DNA from: Symbiobacteriaceae bacterium
GTDB lineage: Bacteria; Bacillota; Sulfobacillia; Symbiobacteriales; Symbiobacteriaceae
Direction: 5' to 3'
Length of the DNA stretch: 64,000 bases
Assembly: GCA_041690255.1 (NCBI GenBank)
Contig: JAWLHU010000008.1
Coordinates: forward strand, 255,271 to 319,270
Below the pieces are notes generated by a model that was not told the origin of the DNA, did no database searches, and saw only the letters and a list, made by a program, of their open reading frames with translations. Both the position numbers and the translations under genes were made by a program. Positions 23,732-32,139 of the stretch are shown here, piece by piece. Every line of letters begins with the position of its first letter. Within the stretch, counting starts at the first letter, position 1.

Positions 23732-24607
23732 TCACCTTCCCAGTTCCCACAGGTTGAGATCCTCAAAGTCACCGCCAATGTGGGCGTGCCTGATCAGCCG
23801 GCCCCGGTACTTGTAGCCGAGCCGGTGAAGGACCAGGTTCATGCCGTGGGAGTGGGCGCGGGCCATCGAATAAACGCAGGCGATGTGCTGGTCAGCGAGT
23901 CGCTGCTGGACCGCATCCACCAGGGTGGCCATCAGGCCCTCACCCCGGAAGTCGGGGAGGGTGGCGCAGTTGGTGATCTCCGCGTTCGCATCGGTCCGGT
24001 CGATCTCGGCGGCAGCGGCGCTGGCGATCTGCCCGTCGGCGGTGACGGCGAGCAGGAAGAGGCCCTCGCCCGATTCGATCAACTCCTGTACGTAGGCCGG
24101 GTCCGTCAGGGGCGAAGGGTAGGAGGCGAAGACCTCGTCGTAGAGGGCTGCCAGTTCCCCTGCCCGCTCGGGACCGGCCTCCACCAGGCTGTATCCATCA
24201 GGCAGGGGGGCGGGGCCAGCCTCGGCCTGCTCCAGCACCGACTGGAGCAGCGCCTGCTCCTTTTCCAGCCGGTCCCGCACCTGCCGCTCGGCCGCGAGGA
24301 AGTAGGACATGAAGTTGCCGGGCGCACCGTGGAAGTAGCGGTGGGCCGATGCCTCCAGGGCAAAGCCGCGGGTCAGAAACGCCTCCCAGTCCGAGCCGCG
24401 CGCAACCACCACCACCTTGCCGAAGCGTTCCTGGCGGGCGGTGTCGATCAGCAGTTCCGCCAGCGGGGCAATGGAGCCGTAGTACTCATAGGAGAGCAGG
24501 GTCAGGCGCTCGTTGCGCTGGTCGAGCCGGATTCGGGCCCGGAACTCAGGCCGCTCCACGGTAAGCGTACGGGTCCGGCGTGCAGTTGTGGTCATGTGAG
24601 CAAGCAC
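23732..24607 (-). CDS. Two-domain GNAT, beta-lysine N-acetyltransferase (AblB/YodP)-like
   Basis: 291 aa. PLPDGYSLVEAG...LYDEVFASYPSPLTDPAYV...NAEITNCATLPDFRGEGLM...ARAHSHGMNLVLHRLGYKYRGRLI....FEDLNLW. Confidence 0.65.
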   Translation of the reverse strand: MLAHMTTTARRTRTLTVERPEFRARIRLDQRNERLTLLSYEYYGSIAPLAELLIDTARQERFGKVVVVARGSDWEAFLTRGFALEASAHRYFHGAPGNFMSYFLAAERQVRDRLEKEQALLQSVLEQAEAGPAPLPDGYSLVEAGPERAGELAALYDEVFASYPSPLTDPAYVQELIESGEGLFLLAVTADGQIASAAAAEIDRTDANAEITNCATLPDFRGEGLMATLVDAVQQRLADQHIACVYSMARAHSHGMNLVLHRLGYKYRGRLIRHAHIGGDFEDLNLWELGR

Positions 24608-24675
24608 CCCTTCCTTTCAGGGGTAGTCTGCCCAACAGAAAGCCCGATGGCCGCAGTGCCATCGGGCGCTCGAGA

Positions 24676-25314
24676 CTAGAGGGCGTCGATCCGCCGGCGC
24701 ATAAGATCCTTCCAGACCTGTGCAATCGTCGGTGTGGAGGCGAGGAGCCACTCCATCGACTCCCGGTCCTGCCGCCCGTGGTGCAGGATCTGATTGGCCC
24801 GTAACACGGTGGCCGCCTCCGGATTCCGGTCCATCAGCGTGATCGAATCACCCGCCTGAAGGGCGCCCTCTTCCAGCACCCGCAGGTAGTAGCCGCTCAT
24901 CCCGTTGGCCACGATGCGCTCGGTCACGCCGTCCCGGCCGAACTTGCGGTTGATCTTGTAACAGGGGACCCGGGGCTGGCAAACCTGGACCAGGGCGCCC
25001 CCCATCCGATAGATATCGCCGATGTGGACATCCGCCTCGGTCAGCGGCCCATCAACCGTCAGGTTCTCCCCAAAGGCCGATGGAGGCAGGCTGATGCCGA
25101 GCTCCTTCTCCCAGAACGGATAGTTGGCATAGGCATAAATACAGGCCGCCTTGTCAGGGCCGCCATGGTGCGCCAGATCGGCCTGCTCATCACCGGTCAG
25201 ACCTAGCTTGGACAAATGGACCGGTCCATCGACCGGCTGCTTGTGAATGGCGGACTGCACTTCGGTACCGGCAAGCGGGACCGGGCGGCCCACGCTCAAC
25301 GTGCGAATGATCAT
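24676..25314 (-). CDS. MOSC-domain protein (YiiM-like)
   Basis: ATG 25314 after AAAGGAGG. GLTGDEQADLAHHGGPDKA, GENLTVDG, QVCQPRVPCYKI. Confidence 0.85.
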   Translation of the reverse strand: MIIRTLSVGRPVPLAGTEVQSAIHKQPVDGPVHLSKLGLTGDEQADLAHHGGPDKAACIYAYANYPFWEKELGISLPPSAFGENLTVDGPLTEADVHIGDIYRMGGALVQVCQPRVPCYKINRKFGRDGVTERIVANGMSGYYLRVLEEGALQAGDSITLMDRNPEAATVLRANQILHHGRQDRESMEWLLASTPTIAQVWKDLMRRRIDAL

Positions 25315-25408
25315 CTGGTGGCCTCCTTTGGGCAAACCTCCCACTATTCTAGCACAGGTTGAAAGGGTTTGGCGTGGCATCATCCGAATTGGTGGACGTC
25401 AGGAGGCG

Positions 25409-26380
25409 ATGGGGCGGATGCAGGTGAAGGAACGGTTGGAGGGATACCTGGCGGGTCAGGGCACGGTGGATGGTTTCAAACCGCTCTCTCATGGCTGGGA
25501 GACCGAGGTCTACGGCTTCTACCAGGACGGCGCCCCCACCGTGCTGCGGCTCTACCAGGGCCAGAACGTGGCGGTCCGGGCGGAGACCGAGTTCCGCATG
25601 ATGCGCCACCTGGGCCGGCTCGGCTACCCGGTGCCACGGGTCGATCGGTATGAGGCCGACCCCGCCATCTTCGGCGGTCCATTCCTGTTGATGGAGGGGA
25701 TCGAGGGGCATCCCTTGGTCGATCACTTGCGGGAGAGTCGGATGGAGACGGTGGAGAAGCTCTGCCTGCTGATGGCCGACCTGCACCACCTGGACTGGCG
25801 GTCCTTCATAGGGCCGGACGCCGTCTGGCCGGACCTGGAGACCGCTCGGGGCACTTTTGCGAACCGGTTCTGGCTCGACCTGTGCCAGAGCCTTGATCTG
25901 AGTGGACCTGTGCAACCGCTCTTCGACTGGCTGGAGGAGCATGGCAAGTCCGTCTCGTTCCGTAACGCACCCGTACACAGCGACCTGCACTTTGAGAACG
26001 TCCTGGTCCGGGCAGATGGCTCACCGATGGTGATCGACTGGGGTTCCACCGGGATCGCTGACCCCCGCTGCGACCTCGCTTACGTCTACATGCTCATGAC
26101 GACCCAGGGAGCCGCAGCCCTGGGGGAGGAGATCCGCTCAACCTATGAGGCGATGGCCGGCCCCCAAGCCGACTGGGACTACTTCGTTAGCTGGGCCCTG
26201 ATCCGGCGGCTGGTCGTCATGCTGATCGTGCTGGTGCGCGGCTCCGCTGCCATCGGACTGCGGCCAGGGCTGGAGGGGCAGCTGCACCAGAACATCGGCT
26301 ATCTCCAGCAGGTGGCCAGCCTGGTCTCCGAGCGGACCGGTGTGCGGCTGACCGAGGTCGATCTGCTCCCCCGTGGCTAG
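25409..26380 (+). CDS. Phosphotransferase (APH/choline-kinase family)
   Basis: HSDLHFENVLV and VIDWG catalytic motifs. The start could be ATG 25418, which has better SD spacing. Confidence 0.8.
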   Translation: MGRMQVKERLEGYLAGQGTVDGFKPLSHGWETEVYGFYQDGAPTVLRLYQGQNVAVRAETEFRMMRHLGRLGYPVPRVDRYEADPAIFGGPFLLMEGIEGHPLVDHLRESRMETVEKLCLLMADLHHLDWRSFIGPDAVWPDLETARGTFANRFWLDLCQSLDLSGPVQPLFDWLEEHGKSVSFRNAPVHSDLHFENVLVRADGSPMVIDWGSTGIADPRCDLAYVYMLMTTQGAAALGEEIRSTYEAMAGPQADWDYFVSWALIRRLVVMLIVLVRGSAAIGLRPGLEGQLHQNIGYLQQVASLVSERTGVRLTEVDLLPRG

Positions 26381-26455
26381 TCTCCTTGCGCCGAAGGGTT
26401 CTATCCGGTATAATCTCCCTGTTACAGACCCCGTTTTGCAGGAAGGAGAAGCAGC

Positions 26456-27976
26456 ATGAGCAATCAGCCGAATCTGTGGCCGCACCAGGAAGCGAAGCGT
26501 ATCGTCGAACGGTGGCCCCAGAAAGAGAAATACATCCTGCAGACGGGCTTCGGCGCGTCCGGCCATCCGCACATGGGCACGATCGGTGAGATCGTCCGCA
26601 CCTACTATGTGGCGATGGCCCTGAAGGACCTCGGCAAGGAGACGGAGATCATCGTCTTCTCCGATGACATGGACGGCCTGCGCAAGGTGCCGTCGAACAT
26701 TCCCGCCCCCTGGCTGGTCGAGCATCTCGGCAAGCCGGTCACCATGATTCCTGACCCCTACGGGACCGCCAAGTCCTTCGGACATCATATGGATGCCGAA
26801 CTGATCGAGATGATGCGGAAGACCGGGATCGATGCCACCTTTAAGAGTGCCACCGACTGCTACAGCGACGGCACGTTCGATGAAGGCATCCGCAATATGT
26901 TTAAGAACATGAAGGGGATCATGGACCTGGTCCTGCCGACCATGCGGCCGGAGAACCGGGAGGGCTGGTTCCCCTGGCTCCCCGTCTGCGAGAACTGCGG
27001 CAAGGTCTACACCACCAAGGTGGAGGACTACGACGCGGAGAACGCCACCGTCACCTACTCCTGCACCGGGTCCTTCCGGGACGTGCACGGCTGCGGTCAC
27101 AGGGGTACCCAGAGCGCCCTGGGCGGCAGAGGCAAGTTCTTCTGGAAGGCCGACTGGGCACTGCGTTGGTATGTCTTTGGGGTCAACTTCGAGATGCACG
27201 GCAAGGACCTGATCGACTCCGCCAAGCTCTCCGGGGATATCGTGAAGCTGATTGGCGGCAAGCCGCCGATCAACATGGTCTACGAGCTCTTCCTCACCGA
27301 GGAGGGGCGGAAGATCTCCAAGTCGACCGGTGCCGGCATCAGCATGGAGAACTGGGGCCGCTGGGGCACCCAGGACTCGCTCAACCTGCTCATGTTCAAG
27401 AACCCCAAGCAGCAGAAGAGGCTGGGCACCGACTCGGTGATCCAGTACACCGATGAGACCCTGACCATGACCAAGGAGGACCCGCAGTACCGGTTCATCT
27501 ACTACCATGGGGACCGGCCGGACCTGGGCGGGCTGCGCTACTCCGACATCATCAACCTGGTCAACGCGATCAGCGTGACCGACGCCGACCAACTGATCGA
27601 GTATCTGGGCCGCTCCTTCGGGCATGAGCGCATCCGCCAGAATGAGGCGTTCGTGCGGGAGTTGCTGGAGAAGGCGATCCACTACTACGAGGACTTCATC
27701 CTCCCCACCCGTGAGGTACCGGAGCTGACCCCGGAGCAGTGGGCAATGGTGGATGAGTTTGACGAGCTCATGAGCTCGACCGATGATGCCGATGCGATCC
27801 AGTCCGGCGTCTTTAGCATTGCCAAGAGTAGGGGCATGGCGCCGAAGGAGTTCTTCAAGGTCCTCTACGGCGTACTGCTGGGCGCCGAGAGCGGTCCCCG
27901 GATTGGCGGCTTTGTCAAGTTGGTGGGCAAGGACCGGATCCGTGAGCTGATTCACGCAGCGAAGGCAAAGGCATAA
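26456..27976 (+). CDS. lysK: Lysine--tRNA ligase, class I
   Basis: 506 aa. GFGASGHPHMGTIGE (HIGH-type), FSDDMDGLRKVP, GKDLIDS, EEGRKISKSTG (KMSKS-type). Overall match to bacterial class I LysRS. Confidence 0.9.
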   Translation: MSNQPNLWPHQEAKRIVERWPQKEKYILQTGFGASGHPHMGTIGEIVRTYYVAMALKDLGKETEIIVFSDDMDGLRKVPSNIPAPWLVEHLGKPVTMIPDPYGTAKSFGHHMDAELIEMMRKTGIDATFKSATDCYSDGTFDEGIRNMFKNMKGIMDLVLPTMRPENREGWFPWLPVCENCGKVYTTKVEDYDAENATVTYSCTGSFRDVHGCGHRGTQSALGGRGKFFWKADWALRWYVFGVNFEMHGKDLIDSAKLSGDIVKLIGGKPPINMVYELFLTEEGRKISKSTGAGISMENWGRWGTQDSLNLLMFKNPKQQKRLGTDSVIQYTDETLTMTKEDPQYRFIYYHGDRPDLGGLRYSDIINLVNAISVTDADQLIEYLGRSFGHERIRQNEAFVRELLEKAIHYYEDFILPTREVPELTPEQWAMVDEFDELMSSTDDADAIQSGVFSIAKSRGMAPKEFFKVLYGVLLGAESGPRIGGFVKLVGKDRIRELIHAAKAKA

Positions 27977-27979
27977 AAC

Positions 27980-28012
27980 GATCCCGGGGGAAATGATCCC
28001 CCGGGATCTTTC
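27980..28012 (+). terminator. Intrinsic terminator of lysK
   Basis: GATCCCGGGGG, loop AAATGAT, CCCCCGGGATC, then TTTC. Confidence 0.75.
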
Positions 28013-28329
28013 GTGATGGTGCGAGGAGGAAAGAGTGCCCTTGAGTCCCCCCTGAAGGCCTGAACCCTGAGTCTTTACTAACCCCACCATAAGATGTAAG
28101 TAATCGTCGAACGTACGTACCCATATGCGTAGCCATAAAGCCTCTGCTCTATTGGGTATCATAACACAAAGATCCGCAAAGATAAAGGCGGAAGAGTCAT
28201 TTTTATCCAACTCTGTACTGTAACTTCCACGCAACAGCGTGCCGTAATGAGCCAGTGGCTCTCTCGGATACGGCCTCCTCAGCCGGTGAAGACTACCGGA
28301 TAAAGCGCTCGCGAAAGGAGGAGAGCAGT

Positions 28330-29103
28330 ATGTGGCAACGAGCCCTGGCTGGCTCTCTGGTGGGACTCATGCTGGCCGTTGCAGGGGCGGGTTGCGCACG
28401 TCCGCAGCGCCGTCCGGAGGCCTCACAGGTCTCACCGGTCGATTTGAGTTCCCTGGTGGCCCGGGCAGCCACTATGGATTCCGGCGCCGGGGAGACAGCG
28501 GCCATTGTCCTGGAGAACCGGGCGTTGGTCGCCATTCGTATGGATGCTGCGCAGCCTGGCGGCACCAACGGCGGGTCGCTGCTGGGTACGACCAAGGAGA
28601 CCGGGACCCGCGACTTGACCGATGCCGCCTCCGGACCCCCCGATGCGCACGGACCAGGAGGCTCCACGGGAATCAACCCCGCCACGCCGGGCGGTGGGCT
28701 TCACCCCGGCGGGTTCACCCCGGGCGGCTCTCCCGTCAGAACTCAGGCGATACCAAACGGCGTGGGTGGCATGGCGACCGACTCCGGGGCGAATGTCCCC
28801 ATACCGGCGCCAGGTGGACTGGGTCTGGCCCCGCTCGATGTCATGCACCGCGTGGCGAACCAGATCAAGACCCGGGTCCCGCAGGTCACCGAGGTGCGCT
28901 TCGCCCACTACCCGGATGATGCCCGTCGGGTGCAGGCCCTCGCCCAACGACTGGCGAACGGCGAGCCCGCGGGCAGTCTGAAGGCGGAGTTTGATGAGGT
29001 CTACGCCAAGGCCGTTCCCGCAGGGACCACCGAGTTTGACCCGATGACCCCACAGCCTGCGCACAACCCGGGCCAGCGGGCGCCGAATGCCGGGAGGCCA
29101 TAG
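28330..29103 (+). CDS. YhcN/YlaJ-family sporulation lipoprotein
   Basis: AAAGGAGGAG SD, ATG 28330. Lipobox LAVAGAGC. AIVLENRALVAIRMD and VANQIKTRVPQVTEVRFAHYPDDARRV blocks flank a Gly/Pro-rich linker. Confidence 0.8.
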   Translation: MWQRALAGSLVGLMLAVAGAGCARPQRRPEASQVSPVDLSSLVARAATMDSGAGETAAIVLENRALVAIRMDAAQPGGTNGGSLLGTTKETGTRDLTDAASGPPDAHGPGGSTGINPATPGGGLHPGGFTPGGSPVRTQAIPNGVGGMATDSGANVPIPAPGGLGLAPLDVMHRVANQIKTRVPQVTEVRFAHYPDDARRVQALAQRLANGEPAGSLKAEFDEVYAKAVPAGTTEFDPMTPQPAHNPGQRAPNAGRP

Positions 29104-29134
29104 TCGCAGAACAGCCGCCGTACTCCAGGTGTAG

Positions 29135-29629
29135 TCAGTCCCTGCCCGCCCAGTTCCCCCTCAACTTCCGCAGAAGGACGATCTGGCCCAGGTGATAGAC
29201 ATCGTGGGTGTTGAGTCCGGAGATCAGTTCGCCGAGTGGGGTCCGCTCGCCGGAAAGGGGCTCGTCCAAGGCGGAGTCATCCTGGCGGGACAAGGCCTCA
29301 GCGAGCGCCCTCTGGGCGCCGTAGAAGCGCTGGACGGCCGACTGCCAGCCGTGCTCATCGTCCGGGTCGCCCGGTGCACCAAAGGTAGCGTCGTTATCGA
29401 TTCGTCCACCGCTCAGTGGGGCGCCATTCATGCGATCCGCAACGACCTGCTTCCAGAAGCTCAGGTGATTGACCAACTGCCAGACCGTGTTGATACCGGG
29501 AGCGGGCGACCACGATGCATCCACTGCAGAGAGACCATCGAGGGCGCGGTGCATGGCGGCAAACCAGCCACCCTGGCCGATGGTGTACTCCATTTGAGCC
29601 AGCAGCAGTCCAACGCGGGAACGGCTCAT
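29135..29629 (-). CDS. DinB-family protein
   Basis: ATG 29629 after GAGGAGG. WQLVNHLSFW ... HDVYHLGQIVLLRK (DinB His triad). The track ORF's N-terminal 78 aa overlap the neighbouring gene and are rejected. Confidence 0.8.
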   Translation of the reverse strand: MSRSRVGLLLAQMEYTIGQGGWFAAMHRALDGLSAVDASWSPAPGINTVWQLVNHLSFWKQVVADRMNGAPLSGGRIDNDATFGAPGDPDDEHGWQSAVQRFYGAQRALAEALSRQDDSALDEPLSGERTPLGELISGLNTHDVYHLGQIVLLRKLRGNWAGRD

Positions 29630-29713
29630 AGGCGGGCCTCCTCTCGTACAAACCAGTGCGAGAGAGGCTTCTCCCCGAAAGTGGTGGGCTCCTGCGTCCT
29701 CACCAGAGGCGAG

Positions 29714-29740
29714 GAAAAAGACCGCCCGGACAGGGCGGTC
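29714..29740 (-). terminator. Intrinsic terminator after the BadF-type ATPase gene
   Basis: On the minus strand: GACCGCCC, loop, GGGCGGTC, then TTTTT. Confidence 0.6.
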
Positions 29741-29747
29741 GTGGTGT

Positions 29748-30707
29748 CTACTTGTCGCCGGGGGACTCTTCCAGGGTGATTCCCAGGGAGCGGAGGGCCA
29801 GGAGCACTGCCCCGTAGGCCGCCGTATGGCGGGGGGAGGTGAACTGCACCTGCGGCCATGCACTCCGGATCACCTGCTGCATAGGCAGCGCCAACAGGTT
29901 GCCAGCCGAGAAGACCGAACCCGTTCCCGCCACCGGAATACTGGTCAGGCCAGACCAGTCCAAGCGGCTCAGGACCGCCGCCCCCGCCAGCCCTAACTCT
30001 CGGCCCGCTACCCGGAGAAGCTCCCGGGCAATCCCGTCACCGTCGTTAGCGGCTTCGATAATGAGAGGCGTCAAGGAGGCCACCTCGGCGCGTCCCAGGG
30101 GTGCCGGGTCGCCGTAGACCAGGTTGATCAGGTCGGTCATCTTCTCGAGCATGAAGCGCTTGCGGAGCCGTTCGGAGAGGCTGGTGGCCGGACCGCGGCC
30201 ATCCTCGGCGCGCAGCACTGCGACCAGCGCCTTGCGGGCGATATCGTAGCCGCTGCCTTCATCGCCCAGAAGGGGACCGTAACCACCGGCGCGGGCCCGA
30301 TTGCCCTGGGTGTCCTCACCGAAGGCGATCGAACCGGTATCGGACATGATCACAACACCCGGCTTACCGTCGGTCGCACCGGCCAGCGCCGCACACGACT
30401 CATGGTCGAGGTGCACCGGGCAGTGCAGGCCCAGGCTGGCAACGGCTCCGGCCATGATCTGCCGGTCGACAGGGCGGTCCACACCGGCCAACCCGAAAAA
30501 GGCGGCCGAGAGAGCAGGACCCACAAGGCCGGCGTCGTCTATGGCTGCTTGGGTGGCCGTCCGGATCGCATTCGTGGCCGATGCAAGACCAATTGTGTGC
30601 TGCGTTGCGGGACCGCTTTCTCCACGACCCAGGACGCGCCCCTTCTCGTTGGCCACAACTGCGACCGTCCGGGTACCTCCTCCTGCTACCCCCAGAACCC
30701 ACACCAT
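29748..30707 (-). CDS. BadF/BadG/BcrA/BcrD-type ATPase (N-acetylglucosamine-kinase-like)
   Basis: VLGVAGGGTRTVAVVANEKGRVLGRGESGPA; SDTGSIAFGE; GYGPLLGDEGSGYDIARKAL. Confidence 0.8.
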   Translation of the reverse strand: MVWVLGVAGGGTRTVAVVANEKGRVLGRGESGPATQHTIGLASATNAIRTATQAAIDDAGLVGPALSAAFFGLAGVDRPVDRQIMAGAVASLGLHCPVHLDHESCAALAGATDGKPGVVIMSDTGSIAFGEDTQGNRARAGGYGPLLGDEGSGYDIARKALVAVLRAEDGRGPATSLSERLRKRFMLEKMTDLINLVYGDPAPLGRAEVASLTPLIIEAANDGDGIARELLRVAGRELGLAGAAVLSRLDWSGLTSIPVAGTGSVFSAGNLLALPMQQVIRSAWPQVQFTSPRHTAAYGAVLLALRSLGITLEESPGDK

Positions 30708-30741
30708 GATAATGACATCCTCCCCGGTTGATTGACCACCG

Positions 30742-30783
30742 AGAAAGATTCTCCTATACTAGAAAGATTCCTGCCAGCCAAAT
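30742..30783 (-). promoter_or_regulatory. Putative promoter (TTGGCT-16-TAGTAT on minus strand) bracketed by a direct repeat AGAAAGATTC x2
   Basis: On the plus strand, AGAAAGATTC at 30742-30751 and 30761-30770. The -10 lies between them and the -35 at 30777-30782. Confidence 0.3.
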
Positions 30784-30789
30784 AATGAA

Positions 30790-31059
30790 TCAGGAGGCCT
30801 TGCTGCTGCCAACCACCAACAGCAGTTCAAGGGGAGTGTCGGCCGGGAACTTCTGCTCGCCGCTCTTGGTCACCTTGGTCAGGACGTACTTCTGTCCCTG
30901 GTAGCTTATATGCTGCAGGTACTGCTGAACGTGTGCCTTGGAGCAGAACTTCAGCATGAAGGCGTCGGCAGCCGGATGGCTCATACGGCTCTCCAGGATC
31001 AAGGTATAGGCGAGGTCCTTATCCTCGAACTGCTCCAGACATTCCTTGCACATAAACAT
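30790..31059 (-). CDS. Hypothetical 89-aa protein
   Basis: ATG 31059 after GGAGGTGAT. MFMCKECLEQFEDKDLAYTLILESRM... No family recognised. Confidence 0.45.
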   Translation of the reverse strand: MFMCKECLEQFEDKDLAYTLILESRMSHPAADAFMLKFCSKAHVQQYLQHISYQGQKYVLTKVTKSGEQKFPADTPLELLLVVGSSKAS

Positions 31060-31265
31060 AGACGGATCACCTCCATCGCTTGCGTGACATCCAAAGATAG
31101 TATACCCGACTACCAGTGTCCAGAGGAAGCGTCGGGCCCTGTGTAAATGGCCTTCTACCCCATCTGGCGGTATCGGGCGGTAGCACATAAGTGTCATTCC
31201 GGTAGCAAAAAGGACGAAAAATTAGCGACAAATACCTTTAGAAAGTATCCGGGGGCGTCTATCTG

Positions 31266-31274
31266 TGTTAAAAT
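31266..31274 (+). promoter_or_regulatory. Extended -10 element TGtTAAAAT
   Basis: TG at 31266-67, TAAAAT at 31269-74. Would place the TSS before the AAGGAG at 31296. Confidence 0.3.
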
Positions 31275-31326
31275 GGGAGAAAGTAGCCGCATCATAAGGA
31301 GCGTGAAATCGTTGTCCGCCAACCCT

Positions 31327-31962
31327 ATGCCGCAATCGGAGGATACCTCCACACGCCGAGAGATTATCAACATTCTTCGCACGGTGGGTCCCTTGACCGT
31401 CGGTGAACTCGGTGAACGACTCGGTATCACCCACGTCGCCGTTCGGCGTCACCTTACTTCTCTGGAGCGAGACGGCCTGGTCACCTCCGTACAGGAGCGA
31501 CTCCCCATGGGTCGTCCCACGCGGGTCTACTCGTTGACCGAGGCTGCCGACAGCCTGTTCCCAAAGAAGTACGGAGCCTTTACCCTTGAGTTGTTGGACT
31601 TCATGAGCCAGCAGGGTGAGGAACTGGTTGAGGCCTTCTTTGCCAATCGTGGCACGTCCATGGTGGACAAATACGGGCCGGAGGTGAAGGCCGGCCAGTC
31701 GCTCGAAGAGCGGGTTGCTCGCCTCACCGAGGTCCAGCAGGCCAACGGGTATCTGGCAGAGTGGGAGCAGGGTGAGGATAACCTCCTGGTACTCAAGGAG
31801 TTCAACTGCCCGGTACACCAGGTCTCCAAGAAGTATCCGCACGCCTGTCACCATGAGTTGGAGTTCTTTAAGACCGTCCTGGGCACCGATCAGGTCGAGC
31901 GGGTTGAGTGCATTGCAAAGGGTGGCCAGTGCTGCCGCTACGCGATCAAGCCCGTTCAGTAA
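31327..31962 (+). CDS. Winged-helix regulator of the SufR/COG2345 type with C-terminal Cys cluster
   Basis: REIINILRTVGPLTVGELGERLGITHVAVRRHLTSLERDGLV. C-terminus CPVHQVSKKYPHACHHE...VECIAKGGQCC. The start may be TTG 31312, 10 nt after AAGGAG. Confidence 0.7.
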   Translation: MPQSEDTSTRREIINILRTVGPLTVGELGERLGITHVAVRRHLTSLERDGLVTSVQERLPMGRPTRVYSLTEAADSLFPKKYGAFTLELLDFMSQQGEELVEAFFANRGTSMVDKYGPEVKAGQSLEERVARLTEVQQANGYLAEWEQGEDNLLVLKEFNCPVHQVSKKYPHACHHELEFFKTVLGTDQVERVECIAKGGQCCRYAIKPVQ

Positions 31963-32139
31963 GGAAAGACTGCCGCGATGATCCGAGAGCGCCTGCTCCC
32001 CTTTGGGAGAGGCGCTCTTTTTCCGTATCAATGCATCGGGCGATTCACACAAAAATTTGCCAGAGAAGGGTTGACCTGGTTTTCGCTACTGGGATATAAT
32101 GGGGCACGTAGGTTGGGTGGTCCGAAGGAGGGCAAGCGC

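Noticed and set aside
26381-26455. T-box or other riboswitch leader for lysK
   Set aside because: Only ~75 nt are available. There is no specifier-loop/T-box sequence and no terminator/antiterminator pair.
26138-28234. 698-aa ORF on the minus strand
   Set aside because: It is entirely antisense to the well-supported class I LysRS gene. Its composition is Gly/Arg/Pro/His-rich and low-complexity with no recognisable motifs. This is a typical high-GC antisense artefact.
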